Below are positions 40,390 through 52,829 of a DNA stretch of 64,000 bases, piece after piece. Origin of the DNA: Mizuhopecten yessoensis (lineage: Eukaryota). Location of the stretch: assembly GCF_002113885.1 (NCBI RefSeq), contig NW_018408358.1, forward strand, positions 321,903 to 385,902, given 5' to 3'. Both the position numbers and the translations under genes were made by a program. Numbering within the stretch: the stretch's first letter is position 1; each line of letters begins with the position of its first letter. Below the pieces are notes generated by a model. The model had not been told where the DNA came from and did not search any database. It was given only the letters and a program-made list of their open reading frames with translations.

Positions 40390-40685
40390 TCTGTGTGTCT
40401 GTCTGTTTGTCTTCCCCCACCTGTGTGTCTATCTGTCTCTCTTCCCCCACCTGCGTGTCTGTCTGTCTCTCTTCCCCCACCTGTGTGTCTGTCTGTCTCT
40501 CTTCCCCACCTGTCTGTCTGTTTGTCTCTTTTCCCCACCTGTCTGTCTGTCTGTCTGTCTGTCTACCCCACCTGTCTGTCTGTCTGTCTCTCTACCCCAC
40601 CTGTCTGTCTGTCTGTCTCTCTTCCCCCACCTGTCTGTGTGACTGTCTGTCTCTCTTCCCCAACTGTCTGTCTGTCTGTCTGTCT
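40390..40685. repeat. Compound minisatellite of (CTGT)n and CTCTTCCCCCAC units
   Basis: Direct periodicity of about 28-32 bp. Confidence 0.92.
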
Positions 40686-41639
40686 TACGCAGAAAAAAAT
40701 AGAAGTATAACGATTGCATTTTAAGGTGTACGTGTCTTTTTAGATTGAAATGATCAAAAATAGTTTGGAAATATCGTCTACTTACTAATCGCACCTTGGA
40801 ACCATGACAAATAGAAAGCATGACGCCAGAATATTACCCGCCATGCACTAGCGGCTACACACATTCCATCACCTGTAGGGCATACAATGTACCTGAGTGA
40901 AATGTAAGTAGATAGCTGAACATTGATATTATTGAAGAAATACACAGTTCTGTGGGACCATAACTTGGATGTCATTGACGGCCGTTAGCTGTTTTAAAGA
41001 TGTGAAGCCGAAACCAAACTAATCATAAAAAAATCAATACCAGTTCCTGCATCATTCCATCACGTACGAAATCATGGCACGTGACAAATAAGACGTTTCT
41101 GATTGGTTTACCTGTTCAAATAACTGACAGCTTTTATTGTCTAGGAATTACTTCCGTGTATATTAACGTATCAACGCCATCTAGACCCTCCGTGTCTCGT
41201 CTGTATCTCTGTTAGACATTTTAATGTCCGCGCCACAATCCCAGGTACAGATAAATCTAACACTGTTTGGATGTGTGACTAATTCGTGAAAACATTTTAA
41301 ATATGTTTGCTGTTGTTTTATATTTTATGTATCTCCTGACTTCAAAGAGCATCAGAGGTGTAAATAGGAACATCGAATCTAACAACTGATACAAGAGCAC
41401 GTCTAACCTCCGTCGGTGAATAAAAACACGCTATTTCCTTTTCGGGTCATGCTATGTTTGCTGGAATCTTTAAAGGTGACATTTTAAAATGTTTTACTTC
41501 CGTGTGTGATGTTAGGGTTTAAGTTTTTGATTATGCCCGTCTGTGAGCGACCGATGTCAAGCACAACGAATATTTATTTCATTTATGAATAATGTCCATT
41601 ACGGATTTCTATCAAACCAAATACATGTAAAGTACCCCT

Positions 41640-42535
41640 ATGTGATAAAGTATGTATAGAGTATGGAGAAAGGAACGTGAACTTTTACAATGTCGTTTAC
41701 GTAATAATGTTAGTAATCTTAATTATGATTTTTTTTCCGTGTCAATCTTATTGACAGTCAATCATGTAGATGTGGACTTAATATGGAGGACGCTAAACAT
41801 TTTATGGTTTGTTCTTCAATGTATAATGTACAAAGAAATACAATGTTTCAACATTTAATATGGTATGCCAATATTACATTAGAAAGCCTTCTGTTACAGG
41901 TGATGCTTCGTTAGATAAAAAATCAAGCGAAGTTATTTGTAAGCATGCTGTAAAATTTATTGTCGAAAGTAAACGATTTGCGTAAATACAGGTCAATATA
42001 TAGTGTCATCTATACCTAGCTGTTGTAATACTTAAAATTCATCTATCAGTATCTTTTTTTCTGATCTCTGACTATTTTGCTACTGTCCTATTTATTCTGC
42101 TTTTCTAATATTATGTGAAATATAATTATGTGCTAATTATCATTAGGCATTAAGTTTAGAAGGCAAAATTACTGTACAGGAAGCAGCACTAATTTTGAGA
42201 AATATGAAAAATAACAAAAGTCCAGTTTCAGACGGTTTTACAGTAGATTTATTTAAATGCTTTTGGAAACAGTTAAGTAACTTAATATTACGGTCTATCA
42301 ATTTTGGTTACATAAAAGGACAGTTATCTGTCACCCAAAGTCAAGGAATCATAACATGTTTATTTAAAAGAGAAAAACCTAAACAATTTTTAAAGAACTG
42401 GAGACCAATATCCATTTAAGTCCATTGTTAAGGTTGCATATGTGTACTTGTATTATGGAGAGGACATTGCTAAGTTGTGATAACTTGCGTCCAATCCTCT
42501 TGTGTTATATTTATGCAATACAATTTATTTAAATT
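41640..42535 (+). mobile_element. 3' fragment of a CR1-group (Zenon-like) LINE with 3' UTR
   Basis: Frameshift-corrected translation QCRLRNNVSNLNYDFF/RVNLIDSQSCRCGLNMEDAKHFMVCSSMYNVQRN resembles CR1 ORF2 C-termini; 3'-end-like GGAGAGGACATTGCTAAGTTGTGATAACTTGCGTCCAATCC. Confidence 0.6.
42150..42419 (+). mobile_element. L1/Tx1-like reverse transcriptase fragment nested in the CR1 3' UTR
   Basis: LEGKITVQEA..LRNMKNNKSPVSDGFTVDLFKCFWKQL...QGIITCLFKREKPKQFLKNWRPISI. Confidence 0.85.
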
Positions 42536-42677
42536 CATTACGAGCAATTTCAAGTTGTTATTTCGTTGTCTCTACCCATGTTCTCTTTTGGAGAACGTTA
42601 CATTTTTTGGATTTGCCTAGATTTACAAAGCGGGAGCCGTCAATGAAAAAGAAGAGGCTTACCCTTCAGGAACACCC

Positions 42678-42943
42678 GGGCCCGTATTTATGAACAGTTT
42701 TCATGCTCAAGCATGGATTCTGTGCTCAAACCTGCTTTCTTGTAAATCGCTTAAATAATCTCAAACGATCAAAAAGTCAAATATGAAAATTGAAAACAGA
42801 ATTTTGCTTTGGGTCTGTTCAATTATTTTTCCAAATCATTGACAAAATAAGAGTAATTTATTAATTTATAACCAAAACAAGAAATTAGGCTTGAGCACAA
42901 AATCCATGCTTGAGCATGAGATCGCTTTCATGAATACGGGCCC
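42678..42943. mobile_element. PIF/Harbinger-type MITE with ~65-bp TIRs
   Basis: GGGCCCGTATTTATGAA..TCATGCTCAAGCATGGATT.TGTGCTCAA versus TTGAGCACAAAATCCATGCTTGAGCATGA..TTCATGAATACGGGCCC; inserted within a Penelope-like remnant. Confidence 0.85.
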
Positions 42944-43061
42944 GAGTCTTATTCTCCTTGTATTTTTCGTAATTGTCTCCATGTACATGCTGATACGTCG
43001 GCATTCGGACCTTTTTTTCCACATATGAAAGGAAAAAGTTAAAAAAATTATCAAACTTCGG

Positions 43062-43270
43062 GAGTGTAGTGGTAACCTCTCTGCTTTAAATACATGAGGT
43101 CAATGGATCTAGTTCCTGTAACGGGGCCGATTATTGTTTGTGAGAGAAAACAAATATAGAATTCTACTCATTGTAATAGAAAATAGACAAGCAACTACTC
43201 CTAATGTTTTTAGAACAAATTGGAACTCTTCTTTGTCAGAGATACAAAACAGAGCTTGAACACTCTACCT
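43062..43270 (+). mobile_element. Old tRNA-like SINE family, copy 1 (copy 2 at 45332-45570)
   Basis: Both copies share GTAGTGG..., a GAGGTC..B-box-like segment, AATTGGAACTCTTCTT..GAGATA and CTCTACC. Confidence 0.55.
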
Positions 43271-43347
43271 TATAAACACGTGTTACTGTCCCTTACATTA
43301 TCTTTTATTAACTACAGGCTTATTTAGTTCACCATTTTCATTCACAG

Positions 43348-43553
43348 GGGCCGCGTTGGCCGAGTGGTGAAGGCGTCTGATCGACTGGGTCGTGGGTTCG
43401 AGACCTTCGTGGGGCAGTCGCGAGGTACTGGCCGTAGGTCGGTGTGTTTTTCTCCGGGAAATCCGGCTTTCCTCCACCACCAAAACCTGGCACGTCCTTA
43501 AATGACCATAGCTGTTAATAGGACGTAAAACACAAACAAACGAAACATAACAA
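43348..43553 (+). mobile_element. tRNA-derived V-type SINE
   Basis: Homologous to 16467-16690; exact 8-bp TSD ATTCACAG (43340-43347, 43554-43561). Confidence 0.88.
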
Positions 43554-44644
43554 ATTCACAGTCAAAAACGTTTACATATAAAATGTCCAGATAAGGTTAG
43601 AATAATTATCCTTTGGTATTTCTCCTCCCAGAAAAGCTCTTTAATGATGTTCTATGTATCTTACGGATTTCTTTCCCTTGAAACGTAACCATTTAAACTC
43701 CATGTTAAGTCATTAAATGATGTATAATGTCTAGGGGACGATTTGCCCTTTGTTTATTAATTAACCCCCTCCCTCTGCCGGAATGACCGCTTAACATGTA
43801 AAACCCCGTTTTAGATACGACCGTCTGTGTTACTAAATAACTGACATTTCATCACGACCCTTTAACGCGTAACGACGCGACAAATAAAAATAATATCTTT
43901 ACAGTGAGTTTCGTTACTTAGCGACATTTGTAAACCCTGTAAAGGCGTTTACTGACCCGAAAAGACATGGTTTATACTGTGTTCTACATGGCCATCAAAA
44001 CCTATACAAGTAGATGTTTTCCGCGTGTTTGGTTCTATTTTAAGCTTCAAGCACGAGACATTCTCTTTTATTTCAGTATCGTTGTCACACATTTCCTACA
44101 GAGATTAATGGCGGGATCAACAAAGGTTACAGAACGTGTCCCTTTTTGAACACACACTACAAACGTTTGGCACTTGTTAATACACATGTTTACGAAAACT
44201 CTGACACGAGGGCGTGTCCGGCAAACATCGACATCAGTAGAACAGCATATATTTTAAAACAAAGTCATATTGGAAAAAAAAGAACGAACAGCACATATCT
44301 TTTATTTCAGCATTTTCAATTTTCGACAATATTAACAACAAAACTTCACCAGATATAGATGTTTATACAAAATAAAATCCCTTTTAAAAGAAAATATCAA
44401 AGATAACGATGTTACGACAAACATGATATTCACAAGCATTTGAAATATCTTATCATATCTACTTTAATATTTAATGAACATTTTCGATATACGTAATAAT
44501 GAGGATTTATTCGTTTTTATTTATTTATTTATTTATTCATTTTTTATTTATTTATTGTGTGTTGCGATAACCTCGTCACTTCTAATAACATGATAAATCA
44601 TAACCGTGCAAATAGTCAAATAGACCATTTCAAGCAGAATATGT

Positions 44645-44997
44645 TAATAGTAATAATAATTCGAGGTTCTTATATACCGCTTTATTACCACCTATAGTTC
44701 GTAAGTCGTCTGAACGCGGTTTACAAGTTATTAACCGTGGTTATAGGGTCTTCACAACCAGCCAATATATTTCTCAACTCCCTGGGGAGCATACAGCCGG
44801 AGCTGTTATATCAGCGCTAACAGATAGCGTTCGACAATTCTAGCACTGCACAACCACATACTCATTTACAGCTGAGTAGACTGGAACACGCTAAATAATC
44901 TTGCTCAAAGATACACACACAGAGCCGTGCCGTGACTCGAGCCCGCAACCCTTCGGTCACGAGACCGGCGTCCTGCCACTAGACTGTCGTGCCTCCT
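44645..44997 (-). mobile_element. tRNA-derived SINE with CORE-like and Deu/Nin-like domains
   Basis: Reverse head GACTCGAGCCCGCAACC..CCACTAGAC; CTTGCTCAAAG and TACTCATTTACAGCTGAGTAGACTGG core; CTCCCTGGGGAGCATACAGCC; (TAA)n tail. Confidence 0.7.
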
Positions 44998-47900
44998 ATG
45001 TTATACTTTTTTTTTGTATAATTAACTGTATTCATATCAAAGCTAAATTCTTCACCTATAATCTAACCTAAATCTCCTTTCCAAATGATTTCCGCAATGA
45101 AGCTATTTTTTGGAATAAATATTAATTTGGACTTCAATACTTTAGGTATAGAGTCTCGCCACTTCCCTCATTGTATACAGAACGTATCGGGAGACATTTT
45201 CATGTGAAATTATTTCCTTACATTCATACACAGATGATTATAGGTCTTGTGAATATTTAGGGAGTTAGATTATTTGAAATTTCAACTAAAAGTGTTTAAG
45301 AAAAGTGCAGCCGTTTCTTCACACAGCATGACCGCCGTAGTGGAGTGATACAGCTCCCCACTTTATAAACAAGAGGTCTGAGTTCGAATCCCTGTGACGG
45401 ACATGTTTTGTGAAAAGGGATACATAAATATCTTTCTTTTCTTCATATCTCTATGCTAAAGAAATAAATTCTAGAAAAGCAAAGCAATTTCAAGTCAGAA
45501 AAAATGCCAAAAAAATTGGAACTCTTCTTCATTGGAGATAATAAACAAGGTAGTTGGGCTCTACCATAACTGAAAGTATCTGTAAGTGGTACGTACGACT
45601 ACAAACGTTAACAACAACTGAAATTGAATTTTAAAATTATTTTTCTTAATATGAGTAGAATTATATGTACTTTTGTGAAAATTATGTGAGAGCGATAATT
45701 GTAAATTATAGGATATGTATATTTAATTTCAGTTTTAAAGATCCCTGTCCTCGCTGCACTGTAGTTTTTCACTTAATTTCCTTTTGGATACAACTGTGGC
45801 ACACTGGAGCCAAGATTCGTTGACCAGGTAGCTCGGTCAGTTATTTTAGACATGTGCATCATTACATCAAATACAGCATTAGGTTTTGATAAATTTAATT
45901 ATTTTTTCTTATTTGCGTACGTTGTTATATGTGTTTATGAAATTGCATTTCATTATTTTGCCTGAATTATTTGTTAGGAACATCGAATCTAACAACTGAT
46001 ACAAGAGCACGTCTAACCCGCGTCGGTGAANGTTTACCATATGTATTGAGGAACGGACTATTTCAAGTTCTAATGACTTGTTGCCCAATCCATTAGTATC
46101 TTTGTACAATAACATATGTTTTAATTATTATAAGAATCTGAAGTCCGCCTTTGCTCTAGTGATTTGTTTACACCTAAAACACTGTTGTTGAATGATAACA
46201 TTTTCTATTTTTCATTTTTTCTTTTTTTTCATAAAAAATATACACAAAGTATGTTTATCTTTTTTATATTTTATTGAAACTATAGTCTTGTCGGAGTTAC
46301 GAGTTTCCAATACATAGTTACATTTTTGGCAGTGGCATGGGGTTACTTAATTACACGATTTCAATTGTACGTAACTCTCAAAGACACAAGAGCAATTTAA
46401 TTATTAGAGCATTATTGCATCATGTCATGTATGTCTGTTTTATTTGTCCTCAAGTACGGCTAGGACTTTCAAATGATGCTTTAGTTGTTTCCGCATCACA
46501 AAAAAAACAATTGTGGGGAAATACTGCCGTTGGTAAAATATTCGTAGAATTGTCATGCAAAAAACGTATCCCTCTTACGGCTTTCTAAAAATAAACAGTC
46601 ACTGTGTTATTCCTGGATGCTAAAGTAGAATTAATGGAAATCAGATCCACTTTCATTTATTTTATTTGGAAACAGTATCAGCAACGATCTACATAGTATT
46701 GTGATCAGATCACAGGGACATGGGAGTTAAGACATAGTATGTAAGTTGAAACATTTTCAGACTTGAAGAGCTTTAAGTTTTATCTTTCGTTGTTAAAGTG
46801 TAGATCAATACCCATTCTGAACAAACAATCCTTTAAGATTGTCATTTTCGTCGGATGTTGATCCCAACAGTTAAAACTTCTGATGAATATTTCGTAGATT
46901 CAAACTGGTAACTGCGACAAAACTCTCAGGACCCTGTGGTTCAGACAATTCTCATCGGACCAAGGTCGTTTGCAGCATACCAAATTTGCCATTGGTCGCT
47001 CAAGCGATTGACAATCAAGGGTTGTTATGGGACATATGGAAATCAATCCAGTGTGCTTTACGTGATATTCTGGTCTGCTCAGACGCTTCAGTTAATTGCC
47101 TTAATTTTATGAGACGCTTGTGTTGGCTCCCAGGGGCACCATATTGAATTGATAGCTCCGGTCTGAGGATCCGCTTTTGTGGCATTTCCACTTTGTAATG
47201 GATGCAGGCACGAAGTAGATCTACAGTTTTTCTGTTACGCACTGTGTTGAACGAATAAATTTAACATACCAAGTAACGTTATAAAAGGGTGCCAAATGTG
47301 TCGGCAGGCTGAAATTATACATTTTGCAAAAGCTGATAGAAAGAAATTATCGTTCAGGAACATGCAATAATGACACAATGCGGATCAGGGGCGCGCTGTT
47401 CACAGAAAAAAGGCCCGGCTTACACATACAAATCTGTCATATGTAAAATATATAACCACTAAATAAAAAACAAACAAAAGATGACATCATGTATCATACC
47501 TCTATTTAACTATTAAGCCAATGCTTAATATTAAACGGGGTTTTATGTATACTGTGATATCGCTCTCCTGTCTATTCTAAATATGTTTAGAAAATGTTAT
47601 ATGTATATATGTATATACCTAAAAGCGTAAGGGCTTGTGGCTAATAAAGAATGAATGAATCAATGATTAATACTATGACATCTTTTACAGAATATCTAAG
47701 ATGCCTTGTACGTATATTTACATTTACTCTGCATCCTTCTACTGCAATGCATTGAGGAAGCAAAAGTTGTTATGAGACTATAATAACATTTGCTATTGTA
47801 ACGTCATCAATCTCTATTGTGACGTCATCAGTTTCATTCTTGTCAAGACTTTATTTTCTGTTCAAAACAATTTTTATTTTACAACAAACGACCGATTTTA

Positions 47901-48010
47901 GAGAGAAAAAAATGTCAACAAAACCTTAAAAAGTCATCAATACAACCAGGGCAAATCGAGAACAAAAGAGAGATTTACATGGAGACCTTGAAATAGTACC
48001 ATGTGTTCCG

Positions 48011-48803
48011 GATATCGCGATGTCACACAAACATGTAGCAAATTCCCCTCTGATATCACGATACCACACAAACATGTAGCATATACCACTCTCATATCAC
48101 GATGCCACACAAACAAGTAGCATACACCACTCTGATATCACGATGCCTCACAAACATGTAGCATATTCCCCGCTGATATCACGATGCCACACAAGCATGT
48201 AGCATATTCCCCTCTGATATCACGATGCCACACAAACAAGTAGCATATACCACTCTGATATCACGATGCCACACAAACAAGTAGCATATACCCCTCTGAT
48301 ATTACGATGCCTCACAAACATGTAGCATATTCCCCTCTGATATCACGATGCCACACAAACATGTAGCATATTCCCCTCTGATATCACGATGCCACACAAA
48401 CATGTAGCATATTCCCCTCTGATATCACGATGCCACACAAACATGTAGCATATTCCCCTCTGATATCACGATGCCACACAAACATGTAGCATATTCCCCT
48501 CTGATATCACGATGCCACACAAACATGTAGCATATTCCCCTCTGATATCACGATGCCACACAAACATGTAGCATATTCCCCTCTGATATCACGATGTCAC
48601 ACAAACATGTAGCATATTCCCCTCTGATATCACGATGTCACACAGACATGTAGCAAATTCCCCCTCTGATATCGCGATGTCACACACACATGTAGCAAAT
48701 TCCCCCTCTGATATCGCGATGTCACACAGACATGTAGCAAATCCCCCCTCTGATATCGCGATGTCCCACAGACATGTAGCAAATTCCCCCTCTGATATCG
48801 CGA
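48011..48803. repeat. 41/42-bp tandem array (TGATATCACGATGCCACACAAACATGTAGCATATTCCCCTC), about 19 copies
   Basis: Direct periodicity; the last units are 42 bp. Confidence 0.96.
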
Positions 48804-49052
48804 CGGAGGACGTAAAACTTGTCCATAGCCTTCGCCGACCTGAATCTTTGGAAACCCTGTGTTATTTAGTAGACAGTTGAAAATAGCGAATAAACTATCA
48901 GTTGTGTCGTTTGCAGGGAGAAAAAAACCCCACATGGTTCGATATATACTACTGTTTTATTACCTAACACAATCAAACTTCGGACTAGACTGTTATAATA
49001 TATATACTAAGGATCACTCTCTCTACTCCCTGCCCTCCCTGCCCTCCTCTCT

Positions 49053-49464
49053 NNNNNNNNNNNNNNNNNNNNNNNNNNNNNNNNNNNNNNNNNNNNNNNN
49101 NNNNNNNNNNNNNNNNNNNNNNNNNNNNNNNNNNNNNNNNNNNNNNNNNNNNNNNNNNNNNNNNNNNNNNNNNNNNNNNNNNNNNNNNNNNNNNNNNNNN
49201 NNNNNNNNNNNNNNNNNNNNNNNNNNNNNNNNNNNNNNNNNNNNNNNNNNNNNNNNNNNNNNNNNNNNNNNNNNNNNNNNNNNNNNNNNNNNNNNNNNNN
49301 NNNNNNNNNNNNNNNNNNNNNNNNNNNNNNNNNNNNNNNNNNNNNNNNNNNNNNNNNNNNNNNNNNNNNNNNNNNNNNNNNNNNNNNNNNNNNNNNNNNN
49401 NNNNNNNNNNNNNNNNNNNNNNNNNNNNNNNNNNNNNNNNNNNNNNNNNNNNNNNNNNNNNNNN
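49053..49464. other. Assembly gap (N run)
   Basis: Run of N. Confidence 1.
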
Positions 49465-50635
49465 TATAAATATAATATGACATCTTGAACATTTGTACTA
49501 ATATATTGTAGGGATAGGGCTTAATATCAGGTGATAAACTTGTGCCCAACTCCCACTGTATATAAATTACATTAAACATATTTCAACTAACTGTGTTTTA
49601 CGGTAGGAACACTACAAACTAACGACCTCAAACTTAAGCGTATTATTGCTTTTTACGCATTGATGAATTTGCAATACAAAAATACATGATCTCCAATAGG
49701 CGCAATCGTAATTAAGTGCAATTTTTTTATTGCGAAAATCGCTCGAATAAATATACCGCTAAATATGTATGTTTTACCGTATTTTAAAATAGATCATATC
49801 AAAAGTAAAAAAACAACTAAATACAATTAAAGTAGCAACCTAAGCTCTGTTTACTTTCTGGAAGGAAATGTTTTTTTTAATGTTTATGATGAAAAGGAAG
49901 TTTATTTTAATTAAAAGGATTGACAAAGTGTTAAATATGGGTTTGCATTGCATTTGAGACAAATCTGTCATGCTCTTCAAGATTAAGGAGATTATAGAAA
50001 ATGGCATGTCAACGTTTTCGTAACGTTTTCCTTTACTGCAAACTTACTTCAGGTAAATCGCGATCAAGAATGGTTAAAGGGAAGCAACTCAAATATATTA
50101 ACGAAATCTTTTACTTAATGTTATTAATTATCTTTTGAGTAAAGAGCTTTAATTTTGAAGTTCAGCACTAGTGACAGCTGTCTAGATTTATAGATACATA
50201 CCTGACAAAGACTGCAAAATGCATTTTTTGACAGGTTTGATCAATTTAAGTATTGTTTTCGTTTACAGAAAGTACCGACAGTACCCGATTGAGGTTTAAT
50301 GGCATTTGACAACGGAAGTTAAGAATCACCCCCTGATATTTTACCCCAATATAAATTCGCCATTATCTATTAATTCTACTAAAACTATACATTTTTACAA
50401 TGTTAAATATCTGTAGATTTCATCCAATAAGAAAATCTGTCAATAATTACACATTTAAATTACTCACATACACTGTATGTACCGTGGACACATTTTAGGT
50501 ATGGGTTATAATCGTAAGAACCACTTGCTGATTGGCTGATTAAGTTGTGTGAGTTCTTTTAAGCGTGAAAACTGATATCAGACAAAGAAAGGGACGTGTT
50601 TGTTGTTATCTGCGTTTAACTCTGTCTTACAATAA

Positions 50636-51865
50636 ACTTCTGAATACACCCCGCATCTGGATTCATCCAACATCTGGATACACACAAATTCTGGATACTT
50701 TCGACATCTTGATACACACGACATCTGGATATACACGACATCTGGATACACACCGTATCTGGATACACACGACATGTGAATACACGCGACATCTTGATAC
50801 ACACGACATCTTGATACACATGACATCTGTATACACACTACATCTGGATACACACGACATCTAGATACACACGACATCTGGATACATAAGACATATGGAT
50901 ACACACCAGATCTGGAGACACACGACATCTGGATGCACACCATATCTGGATACACTCAAAATCTGGATACACTAAACTTCTGGATACAAACGACATCCGT
51001 ATACACACGACATGTGGATAAACCCCACATCTACATACACACATCTGGATAAACATGACATCTGGATACACACGACATCTGTATACACACGACATCTGGA
51101 TAAACACGACATCTGGATACGCACGACATCTGGATACACACAACATGTGTATACACACGACATCTGGATACACACGACATCTGGATACACACGACATCTG
51201 GATACACACGGTATCTGTATACACACGACATCTGGATACACACGACATCTGGATACACACGACATATGGATACACACGACATCTGGATACACACAAATTC
51301 GGGATACTTTCGACAACTGCATACACACGACATCTGGATACCTACAAATTCGGGATACTTTCGACATTTGGATACACACGACTTCTGAATACACCCCGCA
51401 TCTGGATTCACCTAACATCTGGATACACACAAATTCTTGGTACTTTCGACATTTGGATACACACGACATCTGGATACACTCAAAATCTGGATACACTAAA
51501 CTTCTGGATACAAATGACATCCGTATACACACGACATGTGGATAAACCCCACATCTACATACACACATCTGGATACACACGGTATCTGTATACACACGAC
51601 ATCTGTATACACACGACATCTGGATACACACAACATATGTATACACACGACATCTGTATGCACACGACATCTGGATAACCACGACATCTGGATACACACG
51701 ACATCTGGATACACACCAGATCTGGAGACACACGACATCTGGATGCACACCATATCTGGATACACTCAAAATCTGGATACACACGACATCTGGATACACA
51801 CGACATCTGGATACACATGACATTCTGATACACACGACATCCGGATGCACCCAGTATCTGGATCA
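50636..51865. repeat. 17-bp tandem array (ACACACGACATCTGGAT) with higher-order block duplications
   Basis: Direct periodicity; ACTTCTGAATACACCCCGCATCTGGATTCA occurs at 50636 and 51381, GTGGATAAACCCCACATC at 51014 and 51538. Confidence 0.95.
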
Positions 51866-52169
51866 TTTTTAGATATAAAAAGGAGTCGTCGCCAAGGCTA
51901 TATAATCACCCCCTATATCTTAATTTCGTGTTTTTAAATATGAAACATCAAACTTACATTATGTGTTTATTCATATGACTTAACTGATACAGAGTGATAC
52001 TGAACTACACTAATAGAGGTGAAAGAGGCCGACACACAACTATAATAGGCCGACACACAAATAAAACAATTATCCTGTGTAATAAGTAAAACATATAATG
52101 TCTGTACTTTATACTATATCTAATCATTAATGTTTATATTATCTACAGTAAATCAGAAATTTAAAAGTC

Positions 52170-52829
52170 CACGGCCATGACAAAGTCTCGGCTGCTACTA
52201 TACAATATGTAAACATAACATTCACATGCTGTCAGCTGATCATTTCTGCAGATCGTCGGCAACTTATCTATTAAATCCCCATAATACACACTCATACCTG
52301 GCTAGATAGTATTGACATAATGTTATCTGGCCGGGTAGATAATAAAACACCCACCTTCTGGCCGAGTAAATGCTGTTATGGATTTACAAATTTTAACAGA
52401 TCTACCAAGACGTTAACCTATAAGAGAAAACTTCTATAATTATGTGACATTTGATGGATGTGTATGTTAAAGTGTTGTTGTTCGTTGTCTGTGGACGATC
52501 TGACATTGTAAACAAGGTGAGTGACTATACGTGACTACAAATGTACTGTGGTTCCTTTACATACATTTATAGTCTACAACATAATTACCCCGACGGGTAA
52601 AAACCACAACCGCCAACCACTGGATTTTGTGAAAGAAAGATTCTAGTGGACACTCAGGATTTTGTGAATACTCAAGACTTTTATTCCTTATATGGAAATA
52701 AATATTTCCTTGTGATTTTTTTTATTAGTGTTAGATACAATGTAAACAGCTGTACAACAAACTGCTTCACTGTGAAATCAACTTACTATAGTAAAAAAAA
52801 CTTCAAAGGTTTTGCATCATTTTATCAAA
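52170..52829 (+). promoter_or_regulatory. Upstream region, non-coding first exon and 5'-UTR intron of the TRIM-like gene
   Basis: Donor AAG|GTGAGT at 52516/52517; T-rich acceptor AG at 52727-52728 (alternative 52733-52734); blocks conserved with 60848-61478 upstream of the paralogue. Confidence 0.55.

Noticed and set aside
48011-48803. CRISPR-like arrays here and at 1481-4583 and 30727-31665
   Set aside because: Head-to-tail repeats without unique spacers (the 84-bp units are homologous along their length), no cas genes, eukaryotic context.
48859-49579. 209-aa and 190-aa ORFs
   Set aside because: They read through the N gap.
50565-51866. Cys- or His/Thr-rich ORFs up to 292 aa
   Set aside because: Products of the 17-bp satellite.
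52812-52829. TTG start given by the ORF track (548 aa)
   Set aside because: Eukaryotic gene; the ATG at 52830 has aaaATGG context and is conserved in the paralogue.
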